Notes under the pieces: model-generated
What the model was told of the DNA's origin: nothing
Databases searched by the model: none
The model's input: the letters and a program-made list of their open reading frames with translations, nothing else
Position numbers and translations under genes: made by a program
Shown here: positions 19,387-29,158 of the stretch, one piece after another
Layout of the letters: every line of letters starts with the position of its first letter
Position numbering within the stretch: the first letter of the stretch is position 1
Assembly: GCA_963825135.1 (NCBI GenBank)
Contig: CAWGRW010000009.1
Location: 2,656,001 to 2,720,000, forward strand
Direction: 5' to 3'
DNA length: 64,000 nucleotides
Source of the DNA: an uncultured bacterium
Lineage (GTDB): Bacteria > Desulfobacterota_D > UBA1144 > Nemesobacterales > UBA2774

Positions 19387-20856
19387 TCAAAATCGCAGTC
19401 TCCGTGTAACTTCAATAAGCTCGGCCTTCTTATTTTCCCTCAGTTTTCTATAACCGGCTTCGTCAGCGCCTCCCTCTTCGAACCTGTCGTCGAGCGCTGC
19501 GATCTCCTTTATAAGGGCGCTCCTCTTCTGCATGAGCGCGTCTCTGCTCCCGTTCTTCTTCTCCTCCTCGGTAACCGCGCTCCCTCTCTTCACGCGGGAG
19601 GAATACAGAACTCCCCCGGCGACCGCGAGAACCAGAAGAGCCACGCCGGCCCACTTGATGTATTCACGCCACGCGAGAGGGTTCGTGAAAGTTATTTTTA
19701 TCTTGTGCCCGGGCTCGAGGTCATCGCCCGACCATCTTATGAAATCCTCTTTCTCGATCTGCACGACGTCTCCGCCCGTAAGACCGTCGACCTTGACCTC
19801 GTCGTTGGACTTCGCGACGAGTAGCAGGAATTTCCCCGTCGGATATTCTATCGTCTTCTCGATCGATCCGCTTCCGGAATGGAGCGGCAGCGTATACGCG
19901 AATACGACCCTTTTGGGACCCGGAGGCACGCTCGCCGTGTCGGAGAAACCGGCGGGGGTCTTCACTATGGCTTCGGGATCGAGCCCGTTGATGAAATTTA
20001 AATTCGCGGCGTCCGGGGGAACGCTGAACTTGAGCGTCTCCTTTTTCCCGTCGGCGATATCGACGCTGCCCACGTACATCCTGTCGCCCTTACTTTCGAA
20101 GACCGAGAGGTCCGCGATCGACAGCCCTTCCTCGACGGTCTGCACGATCATATGCCCTTCGCTTACGCTTATGTTCTCGGCGCTGTCCGTGGGCTCATAG
20201 ACGGGGAGATCGAGGGTCTTCGTATCTTCGTCGGGATAAAAAACCATTTTGTCCGTCGAGTACTCCGCGCCGTTATACTCGACCTTGACCATGTAGCTCC
20301 TGTCCCAGGGGAGAGACGCGAACGTGAATCCGCCGTCTTTGGACGTGTCGGAATCGACTGTTCCCGTTTCCTTGTCCCCCATGAACGATGTGAGAGTGAC
20401 TTTGGCGCCCGCGACGGCCACGGAGTTGGTCTTGTCGAGCACCTTTCCGGCAATAGTCCCGCCCCTGCCCGTATCAGCCTTTACCTGCACCTTCAGGAGA
20501 TAATCCGCGATAGCCTGGGCAGCCATCGGATGGACTTCCATCGGAGGCATCGGCGGGTAGCCTTCGTTTACCGGCATCTTCCCCGTCGCCTGATATACGG
20601 ACTGCGGGTTCTCTATCCACTTTATTAATTCATCGCGCGTGTACCTGTCGCCGACGCCCTTGAGGTCGGGCCCTACGAACCTCCCCCTGCCTATCGTATG
20701 GCACCTGACGCAGCGGTTCTCCACGAACTGGTCCCTCCCGATCGTATCCATGTCGTGCGGGTTCTGCGCATAAGCTCCGAGCGCCCCGTTAAAGAATAAA
20801 AGCGCAAGGAACGAAATCAGCATCAGGTACGGACTAGGACGGTCTGGCATTATCAC
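19387..20856 (-). CDS. Multidomain c-type cytochrome: monoheme domain, carboxypeptidase-regulatory-like/Ig-like region, TM, CcmI/CycH-like tail
   Basis: CVRCH...GPDL...MPPM; 'GTIAGKVLD...GAKVTL'; C-terminal TM followed by 'LIKEIAALDDRFEEG..DEAGYRKLR'. Confidence 0.8.
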   Translation of the reverse strand: MIMPDRPSPYLMLISFLALLFFNGALGAYAQNPHDMDTIGRDQFVENRCVRCHTIGRGRFVGPDLKGVGDRYTRDELIKWIENPQSVYQATGKMPVNEGYPPMPPMEVHPMAAQAIADYLLKVQVKADTGRGGTIAGKVLDKTNSVAVAGAKVTLTSFMGDKETGTVDSDTSKDGGFTFASLPWDRSYMVKVEYNGAEYSTDKMVFYPDEDTKTLDLPVYEPTDSAENISVSEGHMIVQTVEEGLSIADLSVFESKGDRMYVGSVDIADGKKETLKFSVPPDAANLNFINGLDPEAIVKTPAGFSDTASVPPGPKRVVFAYTLPLHSGSGSIEKTIEYPTGKFLLLVAKSNDEVKVDGLTGGDVVQIEKEDFIRWSGDDLEPGHKIKITFTNPLAWREYIKWAGVALLVLAVAGGVLYSSRVKRGSAVTEEEKKNGSRDALMQKRSALIKEIAALDDRFEEGGADEAGYRKLRENKKAELIEVTRRLRF

Positions 20857-21376
20857 TCTCCGGTAATCTATTCAGCTTCGCGCCGCATTTCGAGCAGAAG
20901 AGGTCTTGAGGGCCCGAGGCGCTCCCGCACTTCGTGCAGAACCTGTCGCCACCTTCGCCCCAGGAAGCCTCCCTCGCCCGCAATATCTCCTTCTCGAGCT
21001 CTTCGTCGTCGTATGACGACAGGTATTTTTTCCTCTCGGCGCGTATCTCCCTCTCCAGGTCGTCGAGGCCGCCGTCAGAGGCCGCACCCCGTGAGAGGCC
21101 GTCGATTTCCTTTAACAGCGCGGCCGCCTCGACCCTGTACTTTCCGTGGAGCTCCTCGAAGTCGTCCCGGGACAGCTTCCCCAGGCCGTAATCGAACTCG
21201 ATGTCCTTTATGGCGGTGAGCAGCGAGTCCTTCCTGGAGTTGAGCTCTCTCGCCTTCTCCGTTCCGGGGTCGGGGAAATACTCCGCTCCGTCCGTCGTCT
21301 TGTGTCTCAAAAAAAACGGGATCGCAATAAATAGTGCAGCCAGCAGGGCTATAACCAAAGCCAGTATGATTTCCAA
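20834..21376 (-). CDS. Membrane-anchored CcmI N-terminal-like protein with C-terminal zinc ribbon
   Basis: N-terminal TM, 'AIKDIEFDYGLGKLSRDDF' and CTKCG...FCSKCG; follows ccmF. Confidence 0.75.
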   Translation of the reverse strand: MEIILALVIALLAALFIAIPFFLRHKTTDGAEYFPDPGTEKARELNSRKDSLLTAIKDIEFDYGLGKLSRDDFEELHGKYRVEAAALLKEIDGLSRGAASDGGLDDLEREIRAERKKYLSSYDDEELEKEILRAREASWGEGGDRFCTKCGSASGPQDLFCSKCGAKLNRLPESDNARPS

Positions 21377-21421
21377 ATTTTTACCTTTGATGAGTTGCGC
21401 CTAAAAAGCGCCACGGAATTT

Positions 21422-23425
21422 TTACACCTTTACGGTCCCGTCTCTGTCGCCAAGACTATACCTGACGAATACCTCTTCGCGCCCTTTCCGCCCGCCCGGC
21501 CACATCGTCACGATGGCCCCGAGCAGGAGCACCAGTCCGCCGCACCATATCCAGCTCACCATCGGGTTCACTATGACCCTCACAGTCGCGTTGCCGTCGC
21601 CGTAGCTCATGAGTATGACGTACAGATCGTCCGTGAGCGTGGACCTCAGCGCGACTTCCGTCTCCTGGTTTATCTCCCTGTTCCCCTCGTACTTATATAC
21701 GTTCTTCTCGGGTGACACCGGCCCTATGGATTTACCGTCCTTGTACCCCTCGAGCTTCGCGACTGTCGCGGTCTTGGCGTCCGTCGTGTACTGGTCCAAC
21801 CCCAGGAACGTGAGCTTATAACCGTCAAGCTCGAGGGACTGTCCCTTGGTGAGGGTCGCCTGCTTCTGCGTCACGAATACGGAGGAGGAAGTGATTCCTA
21901 TCACGATCAGGACGACGCCTATATGTACGATGTAGCCGCCGTACCTCCTCTTGTTCCGGGACACCAGGCGCACAAAAGCGAGAGCGGGGTTCTCGCCCCT
22001 CCCGGTCCTTACGCGGACTCCGCGGAAGAACTCCGTGAAGACCGTCGCGGTGACGAACGCGCAGAGCGAATACGAGAGGACCGCGTACACGACCCTCACG
22101 CCCATAAACAGGAGCACCCCGGCGGTAGCGGCTCCGACCAGCACGGGGACGAGGAAGTTCTTCATAAGATTTTCTTTGGACGCCTTCCTCCACGAGATAA
22201 GCGGACCCACGCCCATGAGGAAAATAAGAACGAGCGCGATCGGGACGTTCACCCTGTTGAAATAGGGCGATCCCACGAGGATCTTATGCCCCGTTATCGC
22301 CTCCGACATGATCGGGAATACCGTCCCCAGGAAAACCGCGAACGCCGCGCCCAGGAAAAGCAGGTTGTTGAATATGAAGGCGCTTTCCCGGGAAAGTATG
22401 GAGTCGAACCTGTTCTCGGAATCGAGGTCCCTCAGCCTGTAGAGGAACATAGCGAACGAAAAGAGCAGTAGGAATGCGATGAAGCCTAAAAAGAGCGGGC
22501 CGATATCGCTCTGCGCGAACGAATGGACGGACGAGATGACGCCCGACCTGGTTATGAACGTGCCGAATATCGCGAGGAAGAACGTGATTATGATGAGCGA
22601 CATGTTCCACTTCTTGAGCATCCCCTTTTTTTCCTGGATCATGACCGAGTGGACGAAGGCCGTCGCTGCGAGCCAGGGCATGAACGCCGCGTTTTCCACC
22701 GGGTCCCACGCCCAGTACCCGCCCCATCCGAGCTCGAGGTATGCCCAGCGCGCGCCCAGGAGGAGCCCCACGCCGAGGAAAGTCCAGGCAAGGAGCGTCC
22801 ACTTCCGGGAGTACCTTATCCATTCGTCCCCGAGCTGGCCGCTCAGAAGCGCCCCCATGCCGAACGCGAACGGCACGCTCACGCCGACGTAGCCCAGATA
22901 AAGTGTGACGGGGTGTATGGCCATGTAGGCGTTCTGGAGTATGGGGTTTAATCCCCTGCCCTCCAGGGGAGCTACGGGGAGGGTCTCGAAGGGGTTCTCG
23001 ACGAAGCCCAGTATGTAAGTGAAAAAGACGCATATCGCCGCGAGCACCGCCACGACGTATGGCGCGAGCTTCCTCGCGCTCGACCGCGTCTGGAGAACTA
23101 CCAGCGCGGAATATATAGACAGTATGAGCGCCCATAGGAGCAGCGAGCCTGCCTGCCCCGCCCAGAGGGATGTGAACCTGTATATGAGCGGAAGGTCGGT
23201 GCTCGTGTTAAGCGCGACGTACTTGAGGCTGAAATCGAGGTTGATCAGCGAATGCAGGAGCGCAGCCGTAGCGATGATGAGAAGAAAGCATACGGCCAGC
23301 ATGCCGTTTCGGGCGCTCCTGATGAAATCGCTCTTCCCGGAGCGCGCGCCGTAAACGGACGCGCATACCACGTAGATGGATATTGCGAACGCAAGGAATA
23401 TGGACAGCTTTCCGGTCTCGACCAT
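21422..23425 (-). CDS. ccmF: Heme lyase CcmF
   Basis: WAGQAGSLLLW, HP..LY.GY, WGGYWAWDPVENA and SVHSF. Confidence 0.97.
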   Translation of the reverse strand: MVETGKLSIFLAFAISIYVVCASVYGARSGKSDFIRSARNGMLAVCFLLIIATAALLHSLINLDFSLKYVALNTSTDLPLIYRFTSLWAGQAGSLLLWALILSIYSALVVLQTRSSARKLAPYVVAVLAAICVFFTYILGFVENPFETLPVAPLEGRGLNPILQNAYMAIHPVTLYLGYVGVSVPFAFGMGALLSGQLGDEWIRYSRKWTLLAWTFLGVGLLLGARWAYLELGWGGYWAWDPVENAAFMPWLAATAFVHSVMIQEKKGMLKKWNMSLIIITFFLAIFGTFITRSGVISSVHSFAQSDIGPLFLGFIAFLLLFSFAMFLYRLRDLDSENRFDSILSRESAFIFNNLLFLGAAFAVFLGTVFPIMSEAITGHKILVGSPYFNRVNVPIALVLIFLMGVGPLISWRKASKENLMKNFLVPVLVGAATAGVLLFMGVRVVYAVLSYSLCAFVTATVFTEFFRGVRVRTGRGENPALAFVRLVSRNKRRYGGYIVHIGVVLIVIGITSSSVFVTQKQATLTKGQSLELDGYKLTFLGLDQYTTDAKTATVAKLEGYKDGKSIGPVSPEKNVYKYEGNREINQETEVALRSTLTDDLYVILMSYGDGNATVRVIVNPMVSWIWCGGLVLLLGAIVTMWPGGRKGREEVFVRYSLGDRDGTVKV

Positions 23426-23859
23426 CAGTAGGTTTTAACTCCTTTGTTTTCTTTACCGTTGTTATATAGCGCTTCGGTCGATTCGTATTTCGTCGGGCAC
23501 TTCGCGAGGAGCACGTCCGCGGCGAAGACGTTCTTGTCCGTGTATTCGCCCTCGACCACGGCTTCCACGTTGTCCTTGAATATGTCGGGGACGATCCCGC
23601 TGTAGGCGACGTTAATATCCCCGCCCCCGTCCGCGAGGCGAAACGCTATCGACCCGTCCGTACCGTGCTTGATCGAGCCCGGCACGACTTTCCCCGACAC
23701 CCTTATCTTCTCGCCGTAAACGGAGGGGATCTTACTCTTGAGCTCCTTTACCGTGAGGTAATACACCATCGTGTCCTTCACGCCGCCGTAAACGAGATAG
23801 CTTACGGCAAGCGCTATGACCGCGATCGCGATGACAAATTTTATTTTTCCCTTGAGCAT
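23425..23859 (-). CDS. ccmE: Heme chaperone CcmE (CxxxY variant)
   Basis: VYY.TV, IRVSG.V..GS, PDIFK and LAKCPTKY. Confidence 0.95.
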   Translation of the reverse strand: MLKGKIKFVIAIAVIALAVSYLVYGGVKDTMVYYLTVKELKSKIPSVYGEKIRVSGKVVPGSIKHGTDGSIAFRLADGGGDINVAYSGIVPDIFKDNVEAVVEGEYTDKNVFAADVLLAKCPTKYESTEALYNNGKENKGVKTY

Positions 23860-23909
23860 TCCCTCACCCTTTCATAGTCAAACGCAGCGAAGCTTGCATA
23901 ATGCGGGGT

Positions 23910-24569
23910 CTACGGCCCCTTCCCGGCCGCCGCGAGCTCCCCGGCCAGCCTCTTACGTTTTTCCAGCAGGTAATAAATATATATAATTAGCGCTATCCAG
24001 ACAACCGCGTTCCCCCAGAAGAGGTAATCGAGCCTGAGCGGCTGCATGACGAGCGCCGCGTCGTCGATCCAGACCTTCCCCCTGCCGTCGACGACCAGGC
24101 CGAGCGTCACGCTCTCGGGCCTGACGCCCCTGTCCGAATACAATACCGCCTCTCCGGGCGTCCAGTCCGTATTCCCCGAAGGGGGTATAGCGGGACCGCG
24201 TGAAACGATTTCCCCGCCGCCCGGGTACCGGACCCTCATTTCGAGATACGCTATGCCCTTGGAGTCCCCGTAAGCCGCGAGGCCTTCAGTCCTGAGCATC
24301 GCCTTGTACGCCGCGCGCGTATGCTCGAAGCCCGCGCCGTCCACCTTATAGAGCACGAGGCTTACCGGCCCGGCCGCGTCCACGTATAGAGAGCCGTCCC
24401 CGTCGCTAGTGACCTTCCTGTCGATCACAGGGTTACGGACGGCACTGAATTCACCCGCGTCCGACACAGGGAACCTCAACACGCTTGTCTCCTTCTCGCC
24501 CGACTCGAAACACCCTGCCGCCAGGGATAAAACCGCAATCATCAGCATAAAAGAAAGTCCTGTTTTCAC
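23910..24569 (-). CDS. Lipoprotein beta-sandwich domain fused to a C-terminal CcmD-like segment
   Basis: Lipobox AAGC; jelly-roll-like end 'GKVWIDD'; C-terminus 'DYLFWGNAVVWIALIIYIYYLLEKRKRLAGEL' matches the CcmD pattern; directly upstream of ccmE. Confidence 0.7.
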   Translation of the reverse strand: MKTGLSFMLMIAVLSLAAGCFESGEKETSVLRFPVSDAGEFSAVRNPVIDRKVTSDGDGSLYVDAAGPVSLVLYKVDGAGFEHTRAAYKAMLRTEGLAAYGDSKGIAYLEMRVRYPGGGEIVSRGPAIPPSGNTDWTPGEAVLYSDRGVRPESVTLGLVVDGRGKVWIDDAALVMQPLRLDYLFWGNAVVWIALIIYIYYLLEKRKRLAGELAAAGKGP

Positions 24570-24830
24570 GACTCTATCTATCCGTCTCTCAATCCCGGAA
24601 AAGATACCCGTACGGAGAGAACAATAACAATATCTTTCTCAAGGCCGGAGCGGCCGGCGATATTATTTAGCTATCCTAATTTTCACGGATATCGGATAGG
24701 CGGTCAATGGCTAACTTTAGTAATTAGAAGTAATTGCAGGGCGGCCACCGGGGCTCCCGTTTCGTCAAGCCCGGTTCAGTTATAGAGCATGAATAGCGGA
24801 GGACACCCAGCGCCCATGCTTCGACTAAAT

Positions 24831-24860
24831 ATAAAAGGGAGACCGGGGCCTCCCTTTTAT
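24831..24860. terminator. Intrinsic terminator (bidirectional type)
   Basis: ATAAAAGGGAG-ACCGGGGC-CTCCCTTTTAT, just downstream of the IPTL-CTERM gene. Confidence 0.8.
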
Positions 24861-24869
24861 TCTTGAGAG

Positions 24870-26303
24870 TTATGCGGACGCCTTTCTTCTCCGAACGACC
24901 ATTAAGCCTGCTATTCCAAGAAGCCCCGCGGTTATAATGAGCCCCCATTCGCTCATAGTGGGGATGTTGCTCACCTGGACTAACAATTCGTAAGCCCCTA
25001 TGTCGCAGGCCGTCTGCTGAGGCCTCGTGACCCCCCTCTCGTCGGTAAAGGGAGGCGGGCACGCCGGGTCGGCCGTGTCTATCGCCGGGCTTGCGGGCAG
25101 AAGCGCGATAGTCTTCGCAGGCCCGCCGTTGTCCTGTAAGCCATGCGGGTTGAATAGCGGGTCGGTATTCGGTTTGTCTCCGGTGACCGTGCCGTCCACG
25201 CAGCTGCTCCCGTTATCTATGTTGTACCCGAGCGAGACAACATCAATTCCCACAATTGTGCCGCAATTATTGGAGGGGTCGTCCCCCTTTACAATGGAAT
25301 TCGAAATCTCGGTTCCTTCGACTGAACCGGAAACCGCGTCCGCGATCTCTTGACAATTAGCGCCTGTGCACGCGGCTGTGTTCGAGTCAAATGTGCAGAA
25401 GTTGCAGGATACATGGCTCCCTCCCCCGGAGCCTATCGCACCGCCGATCGCGTTGCAATTAACACCATTACACTCCACACGGTTATTGTAGAATGTGCAG
25501 TTCGTGAATTCCGTATTAGATTCGCCTCCGTCCCCAAAGACGCCTCCGATAACCAAAGCATTGCCGCGTGCGTAGTTAGAGTCGAACGTGCAGTTGTTGA
25601 ACTTGAAATCGAGGTCGCCCGCAGCTATTCCTACAACGCCGCCCAGCACCAATCCATCATTCGACTGGGCGAAGTTACGCGTAAAAGTGCTGTCGTTTAC
25701 CTCGATAGTATATTCGCTGGCCCCTGTCCCGAATACGCCCCCAGAGGCGAGTCCGGTGCCCGGCACAACCGTGGAATTATCGGTGAAGGCGCATCTGTTT
25801 ACCACAAGGCTGATGCCGTTGGCCAAATTCGTAATGATTCCGAGACCCAGACTCCCCGAGGTAGTGTTATTCTCGAAGACGCAGTCGTCTAGCTCCACAT
25901 TAGAATTCGCCGATACAAGTAAAATCGCCCCGCCGACTCCTCCGCTCAGAATAGACCCGACACCGTTACCGTCCGTTATCCTGAGGCCGGAAATGGTTAT
26001 GTCCGTACCGCCGCTTATAACGAATATTCTGGTTACATCCCCTCCGCTGACTGTGAGGTGACCGGCCCCCGGCCCATCTATGGTCAGGTCCTTGTCTATC
26101 ACGAGCTCGGTCAGGAGAGATATGGTCCCCGAGACCGAGAAGTTAACGGTCCCTCCGGGGGCGGTATTCGCTATGGCGTCCCTGAGGGAGCCCGGCCCGG
26201 AGTCGCCGAGGCTGGTTACAGTATCGCCGTAAGATGCCGCAGTGATTAGAAAGAATATAAGAAAAGATAAACACAGGGTATAAAAACGCTTATCGCAAGT
26301 CAT
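24870..26303 (-). CDS. Secreted beta-helix (polymorphic membrane protein-like / choice-of-anchor Q) protein with IPTL-CTERM sorting signal
   Basis: 'GPGSLRDAI', GGA/FxxN repeats, 'LQDNGG..TIALL..SPAID...D.RG..RP....CDIGAYE', and the tail IPTMSEWGLI-TM-RRRK. Confidence 0.88.
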   Translation of the reverse strand: MTCDKRFYTLCLSFLIFFLITAASYGDTVTSLGDSGPGSLRDAIANTAPGGTVNFSVSGTISLLTELVIDKDLTIDGPGAGHLTVSGGDVTRIFVISGGTDITISGLRITDGNGVGSILSGGVGGAILLVSANSNVELDDCVFENNTTSGSLGLGIITNLANGISLVVNRCAFTDNSTVVPGTGLASGGVFGTGASEYTIEVNDSTFTRNFAQSNDGLVLGGVVGIAAGDLDFKFNNCTFDSNYARGNALVIGGVFGDGGESNTEFTNCTFYNNRVECNGVNCNAIGGAIGSGGGSHVSCNFCTFDSNTAACTGANCQEIADAVSGSVEGTEISNSIVKGDDPSNNCGTIVGIDVVSLGYNIDNGSSCVDGTVTGDKPNTDPLFNPHGLQDNGGPAKTIALLPASPAIDTADPACPPPFTDERGVTRPQQTACDIGAYELLVQVSNIPTMSEWGLIITAGLLGIAGLMVVRRRKASA

Positions 26304-26673
26304 CTCCAGTCCTCCATAATATTTATTTTTATCCGATGTTTGCTGATCGAATAAATTGGTTTCTATTAGTGATCTTCTGTGATCTTCCGCAAAAAATAAA
26401 GCAAATTAGATTACATCTATGACCATTCTAACACCACTTACAAAAAATTTCACTAGATAATCTTAATATTGTAGATACTTATGTACGAATTAGCCCGCGG
26501 CTCTAAAAACCGTGAGATGCAGGCTGGCTCCCGGTATCACTGATGAGCTCCGGACAAGAGCTCGTCCCGCCGGATGTAGAAGCGGTTCTGATGTATTCCG
26601 AGGTCGTCGCATATCTATCCGGGACAGGCCTTCCGGATAGGCCTTCAGGTACTACTTTTGTCTTCTTTTAGCA

Positions 26674-27336
26674 TCACTCCCCCTCCCCGCTTTCTTCCGG
26701 GGCCTCGGCATCGTCCCCGCCTTCCGCGCCCTCTCCGGCCGGCTCCTCCCTCCGGCGGAGCATGATGAGCTGTATGACCAGGCCGAAGACGCCGAGCCCG
26801 AACCAGATTATGGCCATTCTGTAGAGCTGGTCCTCGCCCAGGGTATTGAGGAACCCGGGGTCGAGCGGGTCGAAGTTCCTGCTGATCAGATATGAAATCC
26901 CCGCAACGGCCGCGTAAGCGCCCCCGAATGCGGTCGCGAGAATCAGCATCGGCTTCTGCAGGACCGCGGCCAGAATTCCTCCGACCGCGCCCGCCGCTAT
27001 GAGGGCTACGCGAAGCGGGGCCGTGTTCAATATTCCGAATATATAGGAGGCCGTCATGAAGCCGAGCGCCGCCCCGATCGCGAATACGCCGACTATATAG
27101 AGCGTGTACGTGATGAAAGCCCCCGCGAGCCCGCCGCCGATTCCGGCGATTATGGATATGATTTCATTCCCGCCCGAAAGCTCGTACCCGAGGCTGCCGA
27201 ATACCACCGCCCCCGCGATAAATCCGAGAACGCCCAGCAGGAACCTCAATATCCTGTAGCCGAAAAAGCACTCGATAAGCCCTATCGCCGCAGCCGCCAT
27301 AATATAGTAGTTATACATATCGCCGTGGAGTTTCAT
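26674..27336 (-). CDS. DUF4203/TMEM198-like membrane protein
   Basis: 'CFFGYRILRFLLGVLGFIAG', Gly-rich TM helices and 'ATAFGGA'. Confidence 0.8.
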   Translation of the reverse strand: MKLHGDMYNYYIMAAAAIGLIECFFGYRILRFLLGVLGFIAGAVVFGSLGYELSGGNEIISIIAGIGGGLAGAFITYTLYIVGVFAIGAALGFMTASYIFGILNTAPLRVALIAAGAVGGILAAVLQKPMLILATAFGGAYAAVAGISYLISRNFDPLDPGFLNTLGEDQLYRMAIIWFGLGVFGLVIQLIMLRRREEPAGEGAEGGDDAEAPEESGEGE

Positions 27337-27479
27337 AGACAGTCACAGGAGAGGGGAACAATCATTTTATTAATCATTTATTCTTGCGTGGCGGCCATTT
27401 ATCAAGCATACATAATGCAGCCGCCTGAACACTTGTCACGACCGGCATGAAGCATGAAAGGGGGCTATCCCCCCCACTG

Positions 27480-28139
27480 TCAGCCCTCCCGGGCCTTCAG
27501 GACCGCAAGCTCGTCGCTCATACGCTCGAGGTCTATCCTCTCGAGGAGAAGCAGAATGAAGAGGAGGGAGCATGCCGCGAGGTTAATCAGGAGCGCGTGC
27601 ATCATTTCCGGGGCTATGCCTCCCCCCCTGGGGCCGAATACGACCGGGGAGATGCCCCTCATGACCCTCACCGAGGCGTAGACGAGCGGAAGGTCTATAA
27701 ACGCGAGTATGCCGAACACGGCCGCGAACTTGGCCTTCTTGGTATCGCTTCCGGCGGAAGACCTGAGCACGAGATAGACGATGTAGAGTATCCACAGTAT
27801 GAACGTCGTCGTAAGCTGTGGGTCCCAGGTCCACCACGTGCCCCATATCGGCTTCGCCCATATGCTCCCCGTCAGTATTGTGATGGTGAGGAAGACCACG
27901 CCGATTTCGGCCGAGCAGTAAGCCAGTATGTCCCACTTCCTCGTCCCCTTCCACAGGTACATAACGCTCGAGACGAACACGAGCGTGAACGCGACGGTTG
28001 CGACCCAGACCGTGCCCATGTGGATGTAGAATATCCTCTGTATGTGGCCCATCCTGGGCTCGGTGGGCGCGTATATGAACGCGGCGTAAAGGGACGCCGC
28101 CATGAGTACGAACGCGAGTACAGCGAGAGCCTTTCTCAT
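27480..28139 (-). CDS. ccmC: Heme exporter protein C
   Basis: RIFYIH and the WWD motif GSIWAKPIWGTWWTWDPQLTT. Confidence 0.96.
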   Translation of the reverse strand: MRKALAVLAFVLMAASLYAAFIYAPTEPRMGHIQRIFYIHMGTVWVATVAFTLVFVSSVMYLWKGTRKWDILAYCSAEIGVVFLTITILTGSIWAKPIWGTWWTWDPQLTTTFILWILYIVYLVLRSSAGSDTKKAKFAAVFGILAFIDLPLVYASVRVMRGISPVVFGPRGGGIAPEMMHALLINLAACSLLFILLLLERIDLERMSDELAVLKAREG

Positions 28140-28163
28140 TTTCGGGTTCCTTCCCTTCCTCCC

Positions 28164-28835
28164 TCAGGATTCCTCGATGACGAATTCGAACACGACCGCG
28201 CACGCGGCGATAAAGATTATATCGAATGCTATAAGGAGTTGTAAAGCGGACGCCCCGTCCGTAAGAGGCTTGCCCTCGAGCACGAGGCCCGAGAGCTTAA
28301 CCGCGCTCACTATGAGCGGGATAATTATCGGGAAGAGCAGTATGGGCAGGAGCACCTCCCTCAACCTCGTATTCACGGCCATCGCGGAGAATAGAGTGCC
28401 CACGGATACGAACCCGATCGAGCCCAGGAATACGACGGGGGCGAGCGGCAGCAGAGTGCCCAGGAAATCGAGGTTGAAGAAAAGGACGAACATCGGGACT
28501 ATGATCATCCCGACTATGAAAACGAAAATGGTGCCGCTTATCATCTTGCCGAAGTAGATGAGGCTCCTGTCGGTGGGGGTCAGGAGCAGGCCGAGCACCG
28601 CGTTTCCTTCCTTCTCGAGGGCGAATGAGCGCGAGAGCCCCAGCACGCCCGCGAACGTGAACGTGATCCAGAGCATCGCCGGTACGGCCGGCCTCACGAG
28701 CCCGCCCGAGAAGCCGAAGGCGAAGCTGAAAATAACGGTTACCAGGAGCGAGAACGTAAGCATCGAGGTGAAGAGCTCCTTCGTCCTCATCTCCGTGACT
28801 ATGTCCTTCCTAATGATCGCCCAGACCTTTTTCAA
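28164..28835 (-). CDS. ccmB: Heme exporter protein B
   Basis: KDI..E.R, RSFALEKE.. and LLPILLFPIIIP. Confidence 0.95.
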   Translation of the reverse strand: MKKVWAIIRKDIVTEMRTKELFTSMLTFSLLVTVIFSFAFGFSGGLVRPAVPAMLWITFTFAGVLGLSRSFALEKEGNAVLGLLLTPTDRSLIYFGKMISGTIFVFIVGMIIVPMFVLFFNLDFLGTLLPLAPVVFLGSIGFVSVGTLFSAMAVNTRLREVLLPILLFPIIIPLIVSAVKLSGLVLEGKPLTDGASALQLLIAFDIIFIAACAVVFEFVIEES

Positions 28836-29158
28836 GCCCCGGTGCTCCTCGCAGTCATCATTTTAAACACTTATTCCTGAAAATATCCGGGCCGTACCGC
28901 CGGCCGGAATCCAAATCAGCCCCAAAAACCGGAAAAACAAACGAAAAGAGATATATAAATGTAGTATCACGACAGATTAACTCTCACACATAAAGTCTAA
29001 TATTACTTTTATCAAGCCGATTCCGGACAACTTGGAAATGGAATAGAATACCATATTGATTATATTCGTATCATACGTTATATATGCTTTATATTCTGCT
29101 GTTATTCCATAATATTATGTCACACAAATACTTGAAGTAATCTTGCGAAAACGGCGAT

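Noticed and set aside
26540..26565. CTGATGAG followed by a hairpin, resembling a hammerhead ribozyme core
   Set aside because: The required GAAA after stem II is absent (it reads GAGCTCGT) and I could not build stems I and III.
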